Assembly (NCBI GenBank): GCA_964566035.1
Contig: CAZMHH010000003.1
Location: forward strand, 5,220 to 69,219
DNA: 64,000 bases
Source: an uncultured Thermodesulfobacteriota bacterium
GTDB lineage: Bacteria > Desulfobacterota > WTBG01 > CAIYCZ01 > CAIRTM01
Direction: 5' to 3'
Position 1 is the stretch's first letter. The number at the start of each line of letters is the position of its first letter. Position numbers and translations under genes: made by a program. The notes under the pieces are model-generated. The model was not told where the DNA came from. It did not search any database and saw only the letters and a list, made by a program, of their open reading frames with translations. Shown piece by piece: positions 18,800-28,862 of this stretch.

Positions 18800-20983
18800 A
18801 TGAAAAAGTTGCTTTTCATTATCAAAAACCAGGTGGTTCTTCTTACTTGCTTGCTGGTAGTTGCATGTAACAACAACCTTGAAACCTGTCCGGGATTTAT
18901 TGTTATTACTTCTCCAACCGGAAATGAGGCTTTCTCCACACAAAGCGATTCTATAGATATATCAGGTTTTTGTATGAATCATGAGCCTTTTTCAAATATC
19001 TCCTGGTTGACCAGCAACGGAACAGGCGGTACTATCAGTGCATCACAGAAATGGACAATTGCGGATATACCCCTTGAACCGGGTGATACAGTAATAACGG
19101 TTGAAATGGTTTCTGTTGACGGATCAGAGTTTCAGGATGTTGTGACTGTTAGTCACAATCCTTTCGTATCATTTGCCGGTTCACCCCGTGCTGAGCCGGA
19201 TACTTTTTTTACAGAGGAAGAGACCCAGATTGAATTTACTGTCGCTCTGAATAATACTGACAATCTCACGGTTGAATCCGTGGAGGTTGTTCAGGTTAAT
19301 AATGAATCAGAGGGTGCAGCCTCTGTGGTGGAACTCAAAGATGACGGCAGCGATGATGGAGTGTACTCCGGTATTGCCCTGTTTTCAGAAACTGAAGAAC
19401 AAAAGATAAAACTCCGGGTTGTTGTGACTACCATAGACCAGGGGCAACAACGAACATCCTATAGTGAAGTTTTTATTCTTTCAGTTATAGAACCATTTAC
19501 CGATGATGAGATAGATTTTGCACTTTTATTTCCAGCTCAGGTAAAGCATAAATATGATGAAAATAAAGCCCTGTATGACGAAAAAACAGCCAGGGAAAAC
19601 ACAGTTGCCTGGCTTGTCGCGCAAAGCGAAGTTGTTGACGCCGGTTTTCAGGATCCTGACAGTGGTATATGGTATGAAATGAGTTCGGGATTTGTCCAGG
19701 GGTTGCTGCTGAGTCCGCGTTCCACTACAGGTACACAACACACATCTCTTAAGCGGTTTGATATCAAACAAACTGAACCTGAAAAGGTTATTTCTGCTGA
19801 CTATTCATCTGCGGATGCAGACGAAAGGATTGGCAACAATAAAGCACTGGTGCTTTCCTCTTTTCATACAGAATTTGGAAACTATTCAACTCTACCCGCT
19901 CTTAAAGATATTTTTGCAGAAGCGCCCTGTCCCGGTATGAAGGTAACAACCTTCACAGACAACAACTCAGATGTTTCAGCTTTTAAAACTATGGGGTCAT
20001 ATGGCGCTGTTGTTCTTGACTCACACGGTGACCTGGTCAAAGGCATGGAAATTATCATGACTGGTGAAGTCGCTACCAAAGAAAACGTCCGTTCCTATAC
20101 TGCAGATATAAAAGCCGCAGATAAAAGGCTGATCGGTCACTACCACAATAATACCCTGTACTATGCAATTACCCCGGCATTTGTCCGCTATTACTGTAAA
20201 AATATGCCTGACAGCATTGTAGATGCGGCATGTTGCTACTCCCTGAATAATGGGATGCTTGCAAATGCATTTCTGTCAAGCGGAGCGAAGGTTTACAGTG
20301 GTTATACCCATGACGTTTCTCTGGGGTTTGCCAAAGATGTTGTGGAATTATACTGGTTTGAGCTGGTGTGCCAGACTAATGCCCAGCAGGCATACAGCTC
20401 GGCAACCTCTATAGTTAGCATCTGTGACTCAAGTGCGTGTTTCCTATGGGGCGGAGATGGAGACCGCAGGCTGCCTCCTAAGGGGCCATGCACAACAGAG
20501 GGTTACACGCGTGTTACTCTTTCAGGAACTATAGGGAATGCAGAATACAATTCATACGATGTTATCATGTATGACCCTGTTGAGGGGCAGTACCGTATAA
20601 CAGAGAGGCAGGCAACCTGCTCTGTACAGTATGTTTTTTCTTTGGGTGAAGACATGGAGTATTCAACAACATGCAGCGGTTTGCTTAATGAAACCTATGA
20701 AGAGGGAGAAGAACCCTACAAATTTTCTTTTAGTGACGATGGCACTGATGTATATTTTGATCCTAACCCCGATGCAGAGGATTATCACTGGATAACCTGT
20801 ATTACCTCGTTTGGAGAAGAAAGACAGAGTAACGAATGCTGGGATGCCTCCTGGCCTAAAATATGGCTTGAAGAGGAAGAAATTACCGACAGTGGAATAA
20901 GTGGCACAAGAACCGTGGTGAGTGAACTGGGGACACACAGCTCTACACTTGTTTTTGATTACCTTTTTCCCGAGAAGCAGTAA
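18800..20983 (+). CDS. Hypothetical multidomain lipoprotein: Ig-like N-terminus, putative clan CD (caspase/gingipain-fold) peptidase domain, acidic C-terminal domain
   Basis: Lipobox VVAC at Cys23; beta-rich N-terminus with LKDDGSDDGVYSG; motifs VVLDSHG, IVDAACCYS, AFLSSGAKVYSGYT. Confidence 0.6.
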   Translation: MKKLLFIIKNQVVLLTCLLVVACNNNLETCPGFIVITSPTGNEAFSTQSDSIDISGFCMNHEPFSNISWLTSNGTGGTISASQKWTIADIPLEPGDTVITVEMVSVDGSEFQDVVTVSHNPFVSFAGSPRAEPDTFFTEEETQIEFTVALNNTDNLTVESVEVVQVNNESEGAASVVELKDDGSDDGVYSGIALFSETEEQKIKLRVVVTTIDQGQQRTSYSEVFILSVIEPFTDDEIDFALLFPAQVKHKYDENKALYDEKTARENTVAWLVAQSEVVDAGFQDPDSGIWYEMSSGFVQGLLLSPRSTTGTQHTSLKRFDIKQTEPEKVISADYSSADADERIGNNKALVLSSFHTEFGNYSTLPALKDIFAEAPCPGMKVTTFTDNNSDVSAFKTMGSYGAVVLDSHGDLVKGMEIIMTGEVATKENVRSYTADIKAADKRLIGHYHNNTLYYAITPAFVRYYCKNMPDSIVDAACCYSLNNGMLANAFLSSGAKVYSGYTHDVSLGFAKDVVELYWFELVCQTNAQQAYSSATSIVSICDSSACFLWGGDGDRRLPPKGPCTTEGYTRVTLSGTIGNAEYNSYDVIMYDPVEGQYRITERQATCSVQYVFSLGEDMEYSTTCSGLLNETYEEGEEPYKFSFSDDGTDVYFDPNPDAEDYHWITCITSFGEERQSNECWDASWPKIWLEEEEITDSGISGTRTVVSELGTHSSTLVFDYLFPEKQ

Positions 20984-21222
20984 TATTTAACGGGTGACTC
21001 TGTTATGAAAACCCGTTCCTGGAATCCATATATTTTGCTGCTCCTGAAAGGTTTAATTAATCTTTATGGGTGCAATTAAATAGAAATGTAAAAAGACGGC
21101 AGCATTTTTTTTAATTTTTACGCACTCTAACTTACCAAGTATTTTTTTTAAAAGAAGCTGTGGGGATTATACCTCGGGGGAGATTTATGTTCCGGGCAGT
21201 ATCATAACCTGCAGTGTTTCTA

Positions 21223-22008
21223 TTACTTCAGAATAAAAATCCTTTTGCCTTCTTCAAGTTTTCTCATGTTATCCCAGGCTTTTTCAGTGTACTCAGTACT
21301 GCCTGAAGACTGGAGAGCCAGGCGGTAAACAAACAGTGCCTTTTCTCTATATTTTTCAGCTTCCTGACGATTTCTTATGCTTAGTTGAGGGGAGAAATAA
21401 TACAGTTCGTACAGATAATGGCACCGCCACGCCATTTTGTAAAGTATTTCAGATCTGAGAGAGGTTGCGGGGTAGTTCTGAAGCACCTCTTCCATGTTTT
21501 TGAGTTCCCTTAAAGCTGCTTCAGGCTCTCCTTCAAAATCGTTTTCAAAAGGTATCATTCTGAAGGCGGCTTCATCTGCGATAGGGCTATCAGGGTACTC
21601 TTCGAGTATTATTTTATAATGAACCATGTTATATTTAAGTCCATCGGAAGTCTCTATCCAGCAGTCATAATGACCGTACTTTTCCAGAAAATTCTCTGCT
21701 GTGATGTCAGAAGGATGCCCGCTAACTATTTTTTTTGTATATTCCATTTCAAGAAGCCCTTCCATGGATTCCCCGATTCTTTGAAGAGCCCACGTATAAC
21801 CTTCTGATTTAGGGTATTCTTCAAGAAAAGACTCAAATAATTTTATTGCCTCGACATAGGCTTTAGCATCAAAGGCTTCCTGAGCCTCGGAATAAAGAAG
21901 TTTGTCACCTTTGAGTTTCTTCTCTTTTGGCATGCCCATAAGGCAGCCTGATAAAAAAATAAGGGATATAATAAAAAGCTTGATCAAAGAACTTTTGCAA
22001 ACATGCAT
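21223..22008 (-). CDS. TPR/BamD-like outer-membrane lipoprotein
   Basis: Lipobox FLSGC; helical repeats (AIKLFESFLEEYPKS, LEEYPDSPIADEA, LQNYPATSLRSE). Confidence 0.6.
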   Translation of the reverse strand: MHVCKSSLIKLFIISLIFLSGCLMGMPKEKKLKGDKLLYSEAQEAFDAKAYVEAIKLFESFLEEYPKSEGYTWALQRIGESMEGLLEMEYTKKIVSGHPSDITAENFLEKYGHYDCWIETSDGLKYNMVHYKIILEEYPDSPIADEAAFRMIPFENDFEGEPEAALRELKNMEEVLQNYPATSLRSEILYKMAWRCHYLYELYYFSPQLSIRNRQEAEKYREKALFVYRLALQSSGSTEYTEKAWDNMRKLEEGKRIFILK

Positions 22009-22025
22009 AAAATTTGTTTTCCTTT

Positions 22026-23036
22026 TCAGTATGTATTCTTTACTGCACTCATTTCTTTCACTGTTTCCATAAGACTGTCAAACTCCTCGAGGATTAATGA
22101 CTGAGGACCGTCGCAAAGCGCATGGACAGGGTCGTTGTGAACTTCAACCATCAATCCGTCAGCTCCTACAGCCAACGCTCCTCTTGAAAGAGGAATAACC
22201 TGCTCCCTTCTTCCTGCAGCATGGCTTGGATCAACAATTATTGGAAGGTGACTCAGTGATTTTACGGCAGGTATGGCGCTCAAATCAAGGGTATTTCTTG
22301 TGTGATCCGCAAAAGTCCTGACACCTCTCTCACACAGTATTATCTGTTTGTTGCCGTGATACATAATATATTCTGCAGCCATCAGAAGCTCTTCAATCGT
22401 GGCGGACATACCCCGCTTAAGAAGAATTGGTTTATTGCTTCTACCTGCTCTTTTCAGAAGGGTGAAATGCTGCATATTTCTGGCGCCTATCTGAATAATA
22501 TCGGCATACTCTTCAACCATCTGAATGGTTTCGTGATCAACAGCCTCTGTAACGATAAGAAGCCCGGTCTCCTGCCGGACCTTTGCAAGTATTTTAAGCC
22601 CTTCTTCCCCGAGCCCCTGAAAACTGTAGGGGGAGGTTCTGGGTTTGAATGCACCTCCCCTGAATATTTTAATACCGGCCTTGGCAAGATGCTGCGCAAC
22701 AGCCATGCACTGTTCTATGCTCTCGACAGCACAGGGTCCTGCAATAAGAGTGAAATTCCCTCCCCCAACAGATACATTATTGATGGTTACAACCGTGTCT
22801 TCATCCCGGAATTCTCTGCTTACAAGTTTATATGGTTTTGAAACAGGTATTGCCTCCTTTACTCCTTCAAGGCAGGTAAACTTTACAGCCTCCAAGGGTT
22901 GCTGGTTGCCTGTAATACCTATGGCTGTGCGCTGTGCGCCTGTAACAGGAACAGGAACAAAACCCATATCCCGGATCCTTTGCATAACAACTTTAATCTG
23001 CTGTTCAGTAGCATGTTTATCCATTACAATAAGCAT
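22026..23036 (-). CDS. aroF: 3-deoxy-7-phosphoheptulonate (DAHP) synthase, type I-beta with N-terminal regulatory domain
   Basis: IAGPCAVE, FKPRTSPYSFQG, QIGARNMQ, LCERG, DPSH. Start re-assigned to MLIVM at 23036, which has an AAGGAG RBS. Confidence 0.93.
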   Translation of the reverse strand: MLIVMDKHATEQQIKVVMQRIRDMGFVPVPVTGAQRTAIGITGNQQPLEAVKFTCLEGVKEAIPVSKPYKLVSREFRDEDTVVTINNVSVGGGNFTLIAGPCAVESIEQCMAVAQHLAKAGIKIFRGGAFKPRTSPYSFQGLGEEGLKILAKVRQETGLLIVTEAVDHETIQMVEEYADIIQIGARNMQHFTLLKRAGRSNKPILLKRGMSATIEELLMAAEYIMYHGNKQIILCERGVRTFADHTRNTLDLSAIPAVKSLSHLPIIVDPSHAAGRREQVIPLSRGALAVGADGLMVEVHNDPVHALCDGPQSLILEEFDSLMETVKEMSAVKNTY

Positions 23037-23192
23037 AAAAAATCTCCTTAAGTTAACTTTCAGATGAAATGTAGCAAAAAAACATAAAAGCAAATCAAAA
23101 AAAATAATGGTACGAGGTAAACTTTTAACCCGCTCACTCATTTCACGGTTAACGATTATTATTGTGCTTGCTGCATAATGCACAATTGAGTT

Positions 23193-26100
23193 TTATGAAT
23201 TCTCAAGACACTCCTGCATTACTGAAAATACCATATCTATTTGAAAAGGTTTGTAAAGGAGCCTGTAAAAACCGCTCTTTTTAAGGTTAGCTTCATCTGA
23301 TGCAACCTGCCATCCGGTTACAAGAACAACGGGAACCTTGCTGTCGAGCTTTGCTATTTCTTCTGCAATCTGATATCCGGATAAGTCCGGCATACCAAGG
23401 TCCGTGAATACAACATCAAACTTTCTTTCCCTGAATATTTTCAGGCCTTCTTCCCCGCTTGCTGCTTTCATAACAGTGTAACCGGTTTCTGAAAGTATGT
23501 CAGACAGGGTATCCCGCACATCCTCTTCATCATCAATTACAAGCACTTCCACCTCTCTTTCAGGGGAAGTTCTCTTTGCAGATGATTTTTTTTGTACAAA
23601 AGGTGATTTCGTTAATGCGGGCAGTTCTATTTTAAAAGTTGTTCCTTTTCCTTCAGAACTCTCAAAACCAATAGTTCCCTTGTGTCTGCTTATAATACCA
23701 TAGGACATGCTCATACCAAGTCCTGAGGATTGGGGACCTTTTGTTGTGTAGAAAGGATCAAAAACCTTTTGCCTGAATGTTTCAGGGATACCGCTGCCGG
23801 TATCTGTTATGGTTACATAAACATTGCCATCATGTGTAAATGTCTTAATTGTTATATAACCTCCTTCGGGTAGCGCCTCGACCGCATTTTTTATGCAGTT
23901 TGTAAAGACCTCACGCAATTCAGAGGCAGAACCCTCCACAGGGGGCAGAAGCGCAAGCTCTTGAGAAACGTTTATTGTAATGTTCTTTGCCTCGGCATGA
24001 TCCTTCCATAGGGGGCGTGTGAATTCAAGGGAGTCTTTAACAAGTTCGTTTAAGTCAAGAACCATAAATGTGCTTTCATCCTTGCCTCTCCTGGAAAATT
24101 CCTGAATTCTTCTTACTGTCTCAGAACCGTCAACAGAGGCTTTTTCAATTAATTTCAGGCCTTTTAAAAGCTGCTTACTAAATGAAGTTTCCCTGTTTTT
24201 TTCAAGAAGCCTTTTTAAAAGCTGAGCCCTGCCAAGAATCGCTGCAAGATTGTTGTTGAAGTCATGAGCAATTCCCGCTGCAAGCTCTCCAAGTGATTTA
24301 AGTTTTTCAGACTGAATTATCTGCTCTTCCATCTTTTTTCTTTCTGTAACATCACGTATTATAGAAACCCCTCCTGTGTATCTACCTGTCTCGTCTTTAA
24401 TCATTGAAGATACGCACTCGATCTCAATACGTCTTCTGTCTTTTGTCTCCCATATGGCATTGTAGAATGAGTAACCTTTTGAAAAAAGTTCTTCGGTCCT
24501 GTTTTTAATCTGTTCCCTTATTCCTTTATCGTCAATTACAAGTGAAGATGTATGTTTTCCTATAAAATTTTCTCTCTTGAAACCCGTGGTTTTTTCAAAA
24601 GCACTGTTTAAAGAAAGAATTATACCATAAGAGTCTGTTATTAATATTATGTCCTGACTGCTTTCAATAACGCTTGAAAGAAATTCTTTGGTGTCTTTCA
24701 GGTTTTTCTCGGCAATCTTTCTATCGGTTATCTCTCTGACAAGAGATACCGTATTTGATATTTCCCCATGTTCGTCAAAAAGGACCAGACCGCTGATATC
24801 AACAGGGACAAGCCTTTTGTCTTTTGCTCTCAAATAGGTTTCCCAGTTTGAAATCCTGCCGTTTTCAAATAACTTTTCGTGGTTCTGACGGGTTACGTTT
24901 AGATAGTTATCATCAATTTTTATGAATTCACCTGTTTTAGAAAGAAAGGTACCCGAGCCGTAACTTCCAAGGGAAAACTCTGCCAAGTGTTTTTCAAGAA
25001 CCTCTTCCTTTGTATCTGCGACAAGATCTGCAAATGCCCTGTTAGTCCTTATTATATAGCCTTCTTCATCAGTGATAATAATGCCGTCAGTAGAGTTGTC
25101 AATAATACTTTCAAGGAATTCTTTTGTGTCTTTGAGTTCATGCAGCGCCTTCCTTTTTTCTGTAACATCTCTGCCAACACAGAGAATTGTTTCATCCTCC
25201 CTGATATATGTCAAAATTGTCTCAAAAATCTTTCTGTCTCCGTTAACAGCTGTAATATCATATTCAGAGTCAAGACTTCCTGAACCCTTAGAGACCATCT
25301 CAACGTCCCTGCAGAGGTTTTTCAGGCTTTCAGGAGTAAACATATATAAATCTTCAACGTGTTTGCCTGTGAATTCATCTGACGGGAAACCTGTCAGTTT
25401 TTCTGAAGATGGAGACATGCTGATAATTTTCAAACCGGTGTCAATAACAAAAATGAGGTCTGAGATGTTTTCAAAGTGCAGTCGGTAGGTTCTCTCTGAG
25501 TTTGAAAGGTTACATATTGTTGAACTGAGCTTTTCAGCCATTTCATTGAAGGCTTTAGCAAGGGTTCCTGTCTCGTCTGTGGAAGATATTATAGCTCTAT
25601 GGTTCAAATTCCCGTTAGTAATGGCATCAGCAGTTTCTGTAAGATTTTGTATCGGTTTTGAAATAATATCTGCGATAAGTACCGATAGAAGCACTATTAG
25701 AAATGTTAATACAAGTGTTATAAGTATTGCAGCTTCAAAGTTTGAGGCTGCTTTCATGTCCAGATTTTTAAGTGAAAAACCTATTGAGATCGATCCCAGC
25801 AGGTCTTTCCCTGAATAAATCGGCACACCTGTTATGACACGGTTATTAAAGGTTTCACAATACTGGTCAAAAATCGCTCTCCCATCATAAAAGGATGCTG
25901 ATTCCAAATATTTTCCGACCGGAAGAGATACAAATTCCTCACCCCTGCTGTTGTTGACAACGGCAAAGGAGAAATCCTCTAAAGAGGTCAGTACGCCCAG
26001 GATTGTCATGGCTGTCTCAGTGTCCCCAAACTCAATGGCGGTCCTTATATTATCTGCCGTCATATGGGTAAGTGCGGTTGAATGTTCCTTGAACTGGTTT

Positions 26101-26225
26101 ATGATAAATCTCTTCTGCTGAAAAGGGAAAATCCCAAAGATTAAAATCCCTACAAGAAAAGCAAGGCATATACCCATAAATATCAGCTTGTTGCGTATGC
26201 TTAGGTTGTTGAAGAAAGCTTTCAT
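23193..26225 (-). CDS. Membrane hybrid sensor kinase: 2TM periplasmic sensor, HAMP, 3 PAS, HisKA/HATPase, REC
   Basis: Two hydrophobic segments, HAMP (PIQNL...DETGTLAKAFN), H-box AHDFNNNL, GLGMS G-box, REC LVIDDE/DLGMP/KPF. Confidence 0.92.
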   Translation of the reverse strand: MKAFFNNLSIRNKLIFMGICLAFLVGILIFGIFPFQQKRFIINQFKEHSTALTHMTADNIRTAIEFGDTETAMTILGVLTSLEDFSFAVVNNSRGEEFVSLPVGKYLESASFYDGRAIFDQYCETFNNRVITGVPIYSGKDLLGSISIGFSLKNLDMKAASNFEAAILITLVLTFLIVLLSVLIADIISKPIQNLTETADAITNGNLNHRAIISSTDETGTLAKAFNEMAEKLSSTICNLSNSERTYRLHFENISDLIFVIDTGLKIISMSPSSEKLTGFPSDEFTGKHVEDLYMFTPESLKNLCRDVEMVSKGSGSLDSEYDITAVNGDRKIFETILTYIREDETILCVGRDVTEKRKALHELKDTKEFLESIIDNSTDGIIITDEEGYIIRTNRAFADLVADTKEEVLEKHLAEFSLGSYGSGTFLSKTGEFIKIDDNYLNVTRQNHEKLFENGRISNWETYLRAKDKRLVPVDISGLVLFDEHGEISNTVSLVREITDRKIAEKNLKDTKEFLSSVIESSQDIILITDSYGIILSLNSAFEKTTGFKRENFIGKHTSSLVIDDKGIREQIKNRTEELFSKGYSFYNAIWETKDRRRIEIECVSSMIKDETGRYTGGVSIIRDVTERKKMEEQIIQSEKLKSLGELAAGIAHDFNNNLAAILGRAQLLKRLLEKNRETSFSKQLLKGLKLIEKASVDGSETVRRIQEFSRRGKDESTFMVLDLNELVKDSLEFTRPLWKDHAEAKNITINVSQELALLPPVEGSASELREVFTNCIKNAVEALPEGGYITIKTFTHDGNVYVTITDTGSGIPETFRQKVFDPFYTTKGPQSSGLGMSMSYGIISRHKGTIGFESSEGKGTTFKIELPALTKSPFVQKKSSAKRTSPEREVEVLVIDDEEDVRDTLSDILSETGYTVMKAASGEEGLKIFRERKFDVVFTDLGMPDLSGYQIAEEIAKLDSKVPVVLVTGWQVASDEANLKKSGFYRLLYKPFQIDMVFSVMQECLENS

Positions 26226-26833
26226 GGTTCTGTCCGCCTTTCCTGCTGCCCCACAATGTCTGCCACTCTTAAGAACCTGGATTCAAAGTCAGCGCCCTCA
26301 GCGGTGGCTGAGTTAAGGTTTAAATAAATTCTTGGTCTTTTGTCTTTTTCTCCGACAGCCATTGACAGTGCGTATTTGCGGGCATAATCCACATTTCCGG
26401 TAATGGTCAAAATCTTTGTTCTGCAGGTAAAAGCTTTTATCTCTTTGATAAAACTCTTTTTAGTGGTAGTGATATAGACACAGTCTGCATTCATGAGAGT
26501 TGACTTTTCTTTGAAATCAGCTATTGTTTCATAGCCATGCAGGAATGTTTTAAGCTTCAGACCCTTGACAAGTTTATCCTGATATGCGGAAAGACCGCTG
26601 AAAAATCTCTCTGCTTCCTTTTTAGCTTCAGAACTGTTTTTTAAGTAGAAAACAACTATTACAAGTTCATGTTTCCCGTTTCTGCCAAGGTTCTTATCAT
26701 AGGTGAGGGCAGTAAGAATAAGCTTTGCTTCAAACTCTGAAGGAATTTTGACATGTTGGTCAGCATCTAAATTGGATATGGCAAACAGTAAAACAACAGT
26801 AGTATAAATAAGGTTTCTGATGGTTGAATACAT
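26222..26833 (-). CDS. YfiR/HmsC-like (DUF4154) periplasmic protein
   Basis: Signal peptide and C-terminal signature PRIYLNLNSATAEGADFESRFLRVA; lies between a TonB receptor and a HAMP kinase. Confidence 0.75.
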   Translation of the reverse strand: MYSTIRNLIYTTVVLLFAISNLDADQHVKIPSEFEAKLILTALTYDKNLGRNGKHELVIVVFYLKNSSEAKKEAERFFSGLSAYQDKLVKGLKLKTFLHGYETIADFKEKSTLMNADCVYITTTKKSFIKEIKAFTCRTKILTITGNVDYARKYALSMAVGEKDKRPRIYLNLNSATAEGADFESRFLRVADIVGQQERRTEP

Positions 26834-26844
26834 AAAAATATTCT

Positions 26845-28767
26845 CTATAATGGAAATCTGAATGTTATCTGTCCGTAAATAAGGCGTTCTATCCGGTATG
26901 AACCTACTATATCACTTGTTTCTCTGTGAAGTTTATCAGTTAAGTTCTGCCCGGTCACAGACAGTTCAACACGGTCATGAAAAAGCGATTTTGCAATCCT
27001 TGCATCCAGCCTGAAATAACTGCTGATTTTTTTTCTAGTTCCAAGAGGGGTCATCCATTTTGTATCGTCAACAAAATGACCATTGGAAGAAAAGGTAAAG
27101 CCAAAAGGCAGTTCAAGGCTTGTCATAATATTAAGCTTATGTTTTGGTGTTCCGGGCATTGTCTCATTTTTTCTTCTTTTTTTTACTTCCTCAAATGTAT
27201 AGTTTGCAGAAAAAATCCACCAGTTCGTAAGAGGTATATCAAGAGAGAGTTCAATGCCCTTTGAAACAGCAGTACCCTCGTTTTTAAACCTTACTCTAAA
27301 AGGGATATCCTTTTTGTAAGCAAAAAAGTCAATAAAATCATCAACTTCATAATAGTATAGCTCTGTATTCAGAAAAACTTTTTTAAAAAGTGTTGTGCTG
27401 TATCCAAGTTCCAGGCCATTGAGTTTTTCATCCCTCAGGTTTTTGTTGCCGGAAACCTTTATCAAAGGCCAAGAAAATGGCGGGAGTTTAAAAGATCTTG
27501 TCTGTTCATAAATTTTTTCTGCAAAAGAGGGTGTTCTTATCGCCCTTGATGCTGACAGCCTGATGACATGGTTTTCAGCAGGGGTATATATAAAACAGCT
27601 ACGTGCAGATATATTATTTCCTGTCAAAGAGTTTCGTTCAAATCTGCTACCGAAAACAAAACTTAGACTGTTCAGAAGTTCTATCTCATCCTGGAAGTAC
27701 ATACTAAACAGATTACTGTGTGTCCGTCTTTTTGAAAACAGCCCTGTTTTAACATCATTTCGTCTGTATCCCAGACCCCAGGAAAAAATATGTCTGTTAA
27801 AACCCCTGAAGGTATGCTGCAGGTCAAGATCATAGATGTATTCATTCAGATCGGATTCCCTGTCTCTTGTTTCTGATTCAAATGAACTCCTGTATGCCTG
27901 AATCTGCAAACTGGATGTTTCAGAGAAACTGTGTTCAAAACGCAGCATCTGGTAGTTTGAATCAATATCTGTATCGGTCTTATTGCTGTATCTTGTTCGC
28001 TCTATACCAATCCTGGAGTAGTTTAATCCCCAGAAAAAATTCAGAACAGAGTCAGGGGATAGTTGATATTTAATTCTGCTTGTTGCTTTAGGGACTCTCC
28101 TGTGATCGTGTGTTCCTCTTGAACCGTCATCATCCCGGTAGCCTGCGGTAAGGCTTACTGAAAGAGTGTCACTCAACTTATCTGAATATCTCAGAACAGA
28201 CTCAATATATTTTTTTGTGCCATACCGCTGTGTTACAAGAAAACCTTCTGTATGCTCAGGGTCTTTTGTAATTATGTTTATAGCTCCTGTCACAGCATTT
28301 GCTCCCCATACAGTAGCACCGGGTCCCCTGATAATCTCAATCCTTTCAATATCTTCCAGAAAGATCTGCTCGTTTTCCCACCAGACCCCTGCTGAAAGAG
28401 AGGAATAGATGGTTCTTCCGTCTATCATAACAAGCATCCTCTGAGCAAACCTGTCATTAAAACCCCTTGCTGCAACTCCGTAAGCATTGCCGTATAGGTT
28501 AATAACATCTATTCCGGGAACCATTCTGAACAGATCAGGAAGGTCAACTGCTCCTGAAAGCTCTATCTGTCTATTCGTGATAACATATACTGCATTTGCA
28601 GATTCAATAAGCTTCTGAGGTCTTTTGGCTGCGCTTATAATCTCAGTTTTGAGAAGCGCTTCGATATCAAGCTCTTCAAAATCTTTGAAATCACCTGACG
28701 CCCTTGAGGATAAACAGGTAAAAATCAGAAACATAAAAAAACAGGCAATGCGGTGTTTAAAAGGCAT
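26845..28767 (-). CDS. TonB-dependent receptor
   Basis: Plug motifs AVYVIT...SGA..LPDLFRMVPG, LVMIDGR, IERIEIIRGPGATVWGANAVTGAINIITK; C-terminal NLTD. Start re-assigned to ATG 28767 (GAGGT RBS); the ORF extends to 28848. Confidence 0.9.
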   Translation of the reverse strand: MPFKHRIACFFMFLIFTCLSSRASGDFKDFEELDIEALLKTEIISAAKRPQKLIESANAVYVITNRQIELSGAVDLPDLFRMVPGIDVINLYGNAYGVAARGFNDRFAQRMLVMIDGRTIYSSLSAGVWWENEQIFLEDIERIEIIRGPGATVWGANAVTGAINIITKDPEHTEGFLVTQRYGTKKYIESVLRYSDKLSDTLSVSLTAGYRDDDGSRGTHDHRRVPKATSRIKYQLSPDSVLNFFWGLNYSRIGIERTRYSNKTDTDIDSNYQMLRFEHSFSETSSLQIQAYRSSFESETRDRESDLNEYIYDLDLQHTFRGFNRHIFSWGLGYRRNDVKTGLFSKRRTHSNLFSMYFQDEIELLNSLSFVFGSRFERNSLTGNNISARSCFIYTPAENHVIRLSASRAIRTPSFAEKIYEQTRSFKLPPFSWPLIKVSGNKNLRDEKLNGLELGYSTTLFKKVFLNTELYYYEVDDFIDFFAYKKDIPFRVRFKNEGTAVSKGIELSLDIPLTNWWIFSANYTFEEVKKRRKNETMPGTPKHKLNIMTSLELPFGFTFSSNGHFVDDTKWMTPLGTRKKISSYFRLDARIAKSLFHDRVELSVTGQNLTDKLHRETSDIVGSYRIERLIYGQITFRFPL

Positions 28768-28862
28768 TGAAAACCACCTCTGAGCATGCTTGTACCCATG
28801 TTTTTTTTTGCAGTCTTTTACAGTGGATGAAAAGAAAAGGTATTTCATTTAACCTCTTTTTT

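Noticed and set aside
22026-23183. Long N-terminal extension of aroF in the ORF track; similar extensions on plsY, tetR, the TonB receptor at 28848 and the TPR gene at 60834
   Set aside because: Downstream ATGs with clear RBSs give family-typical N-termini.
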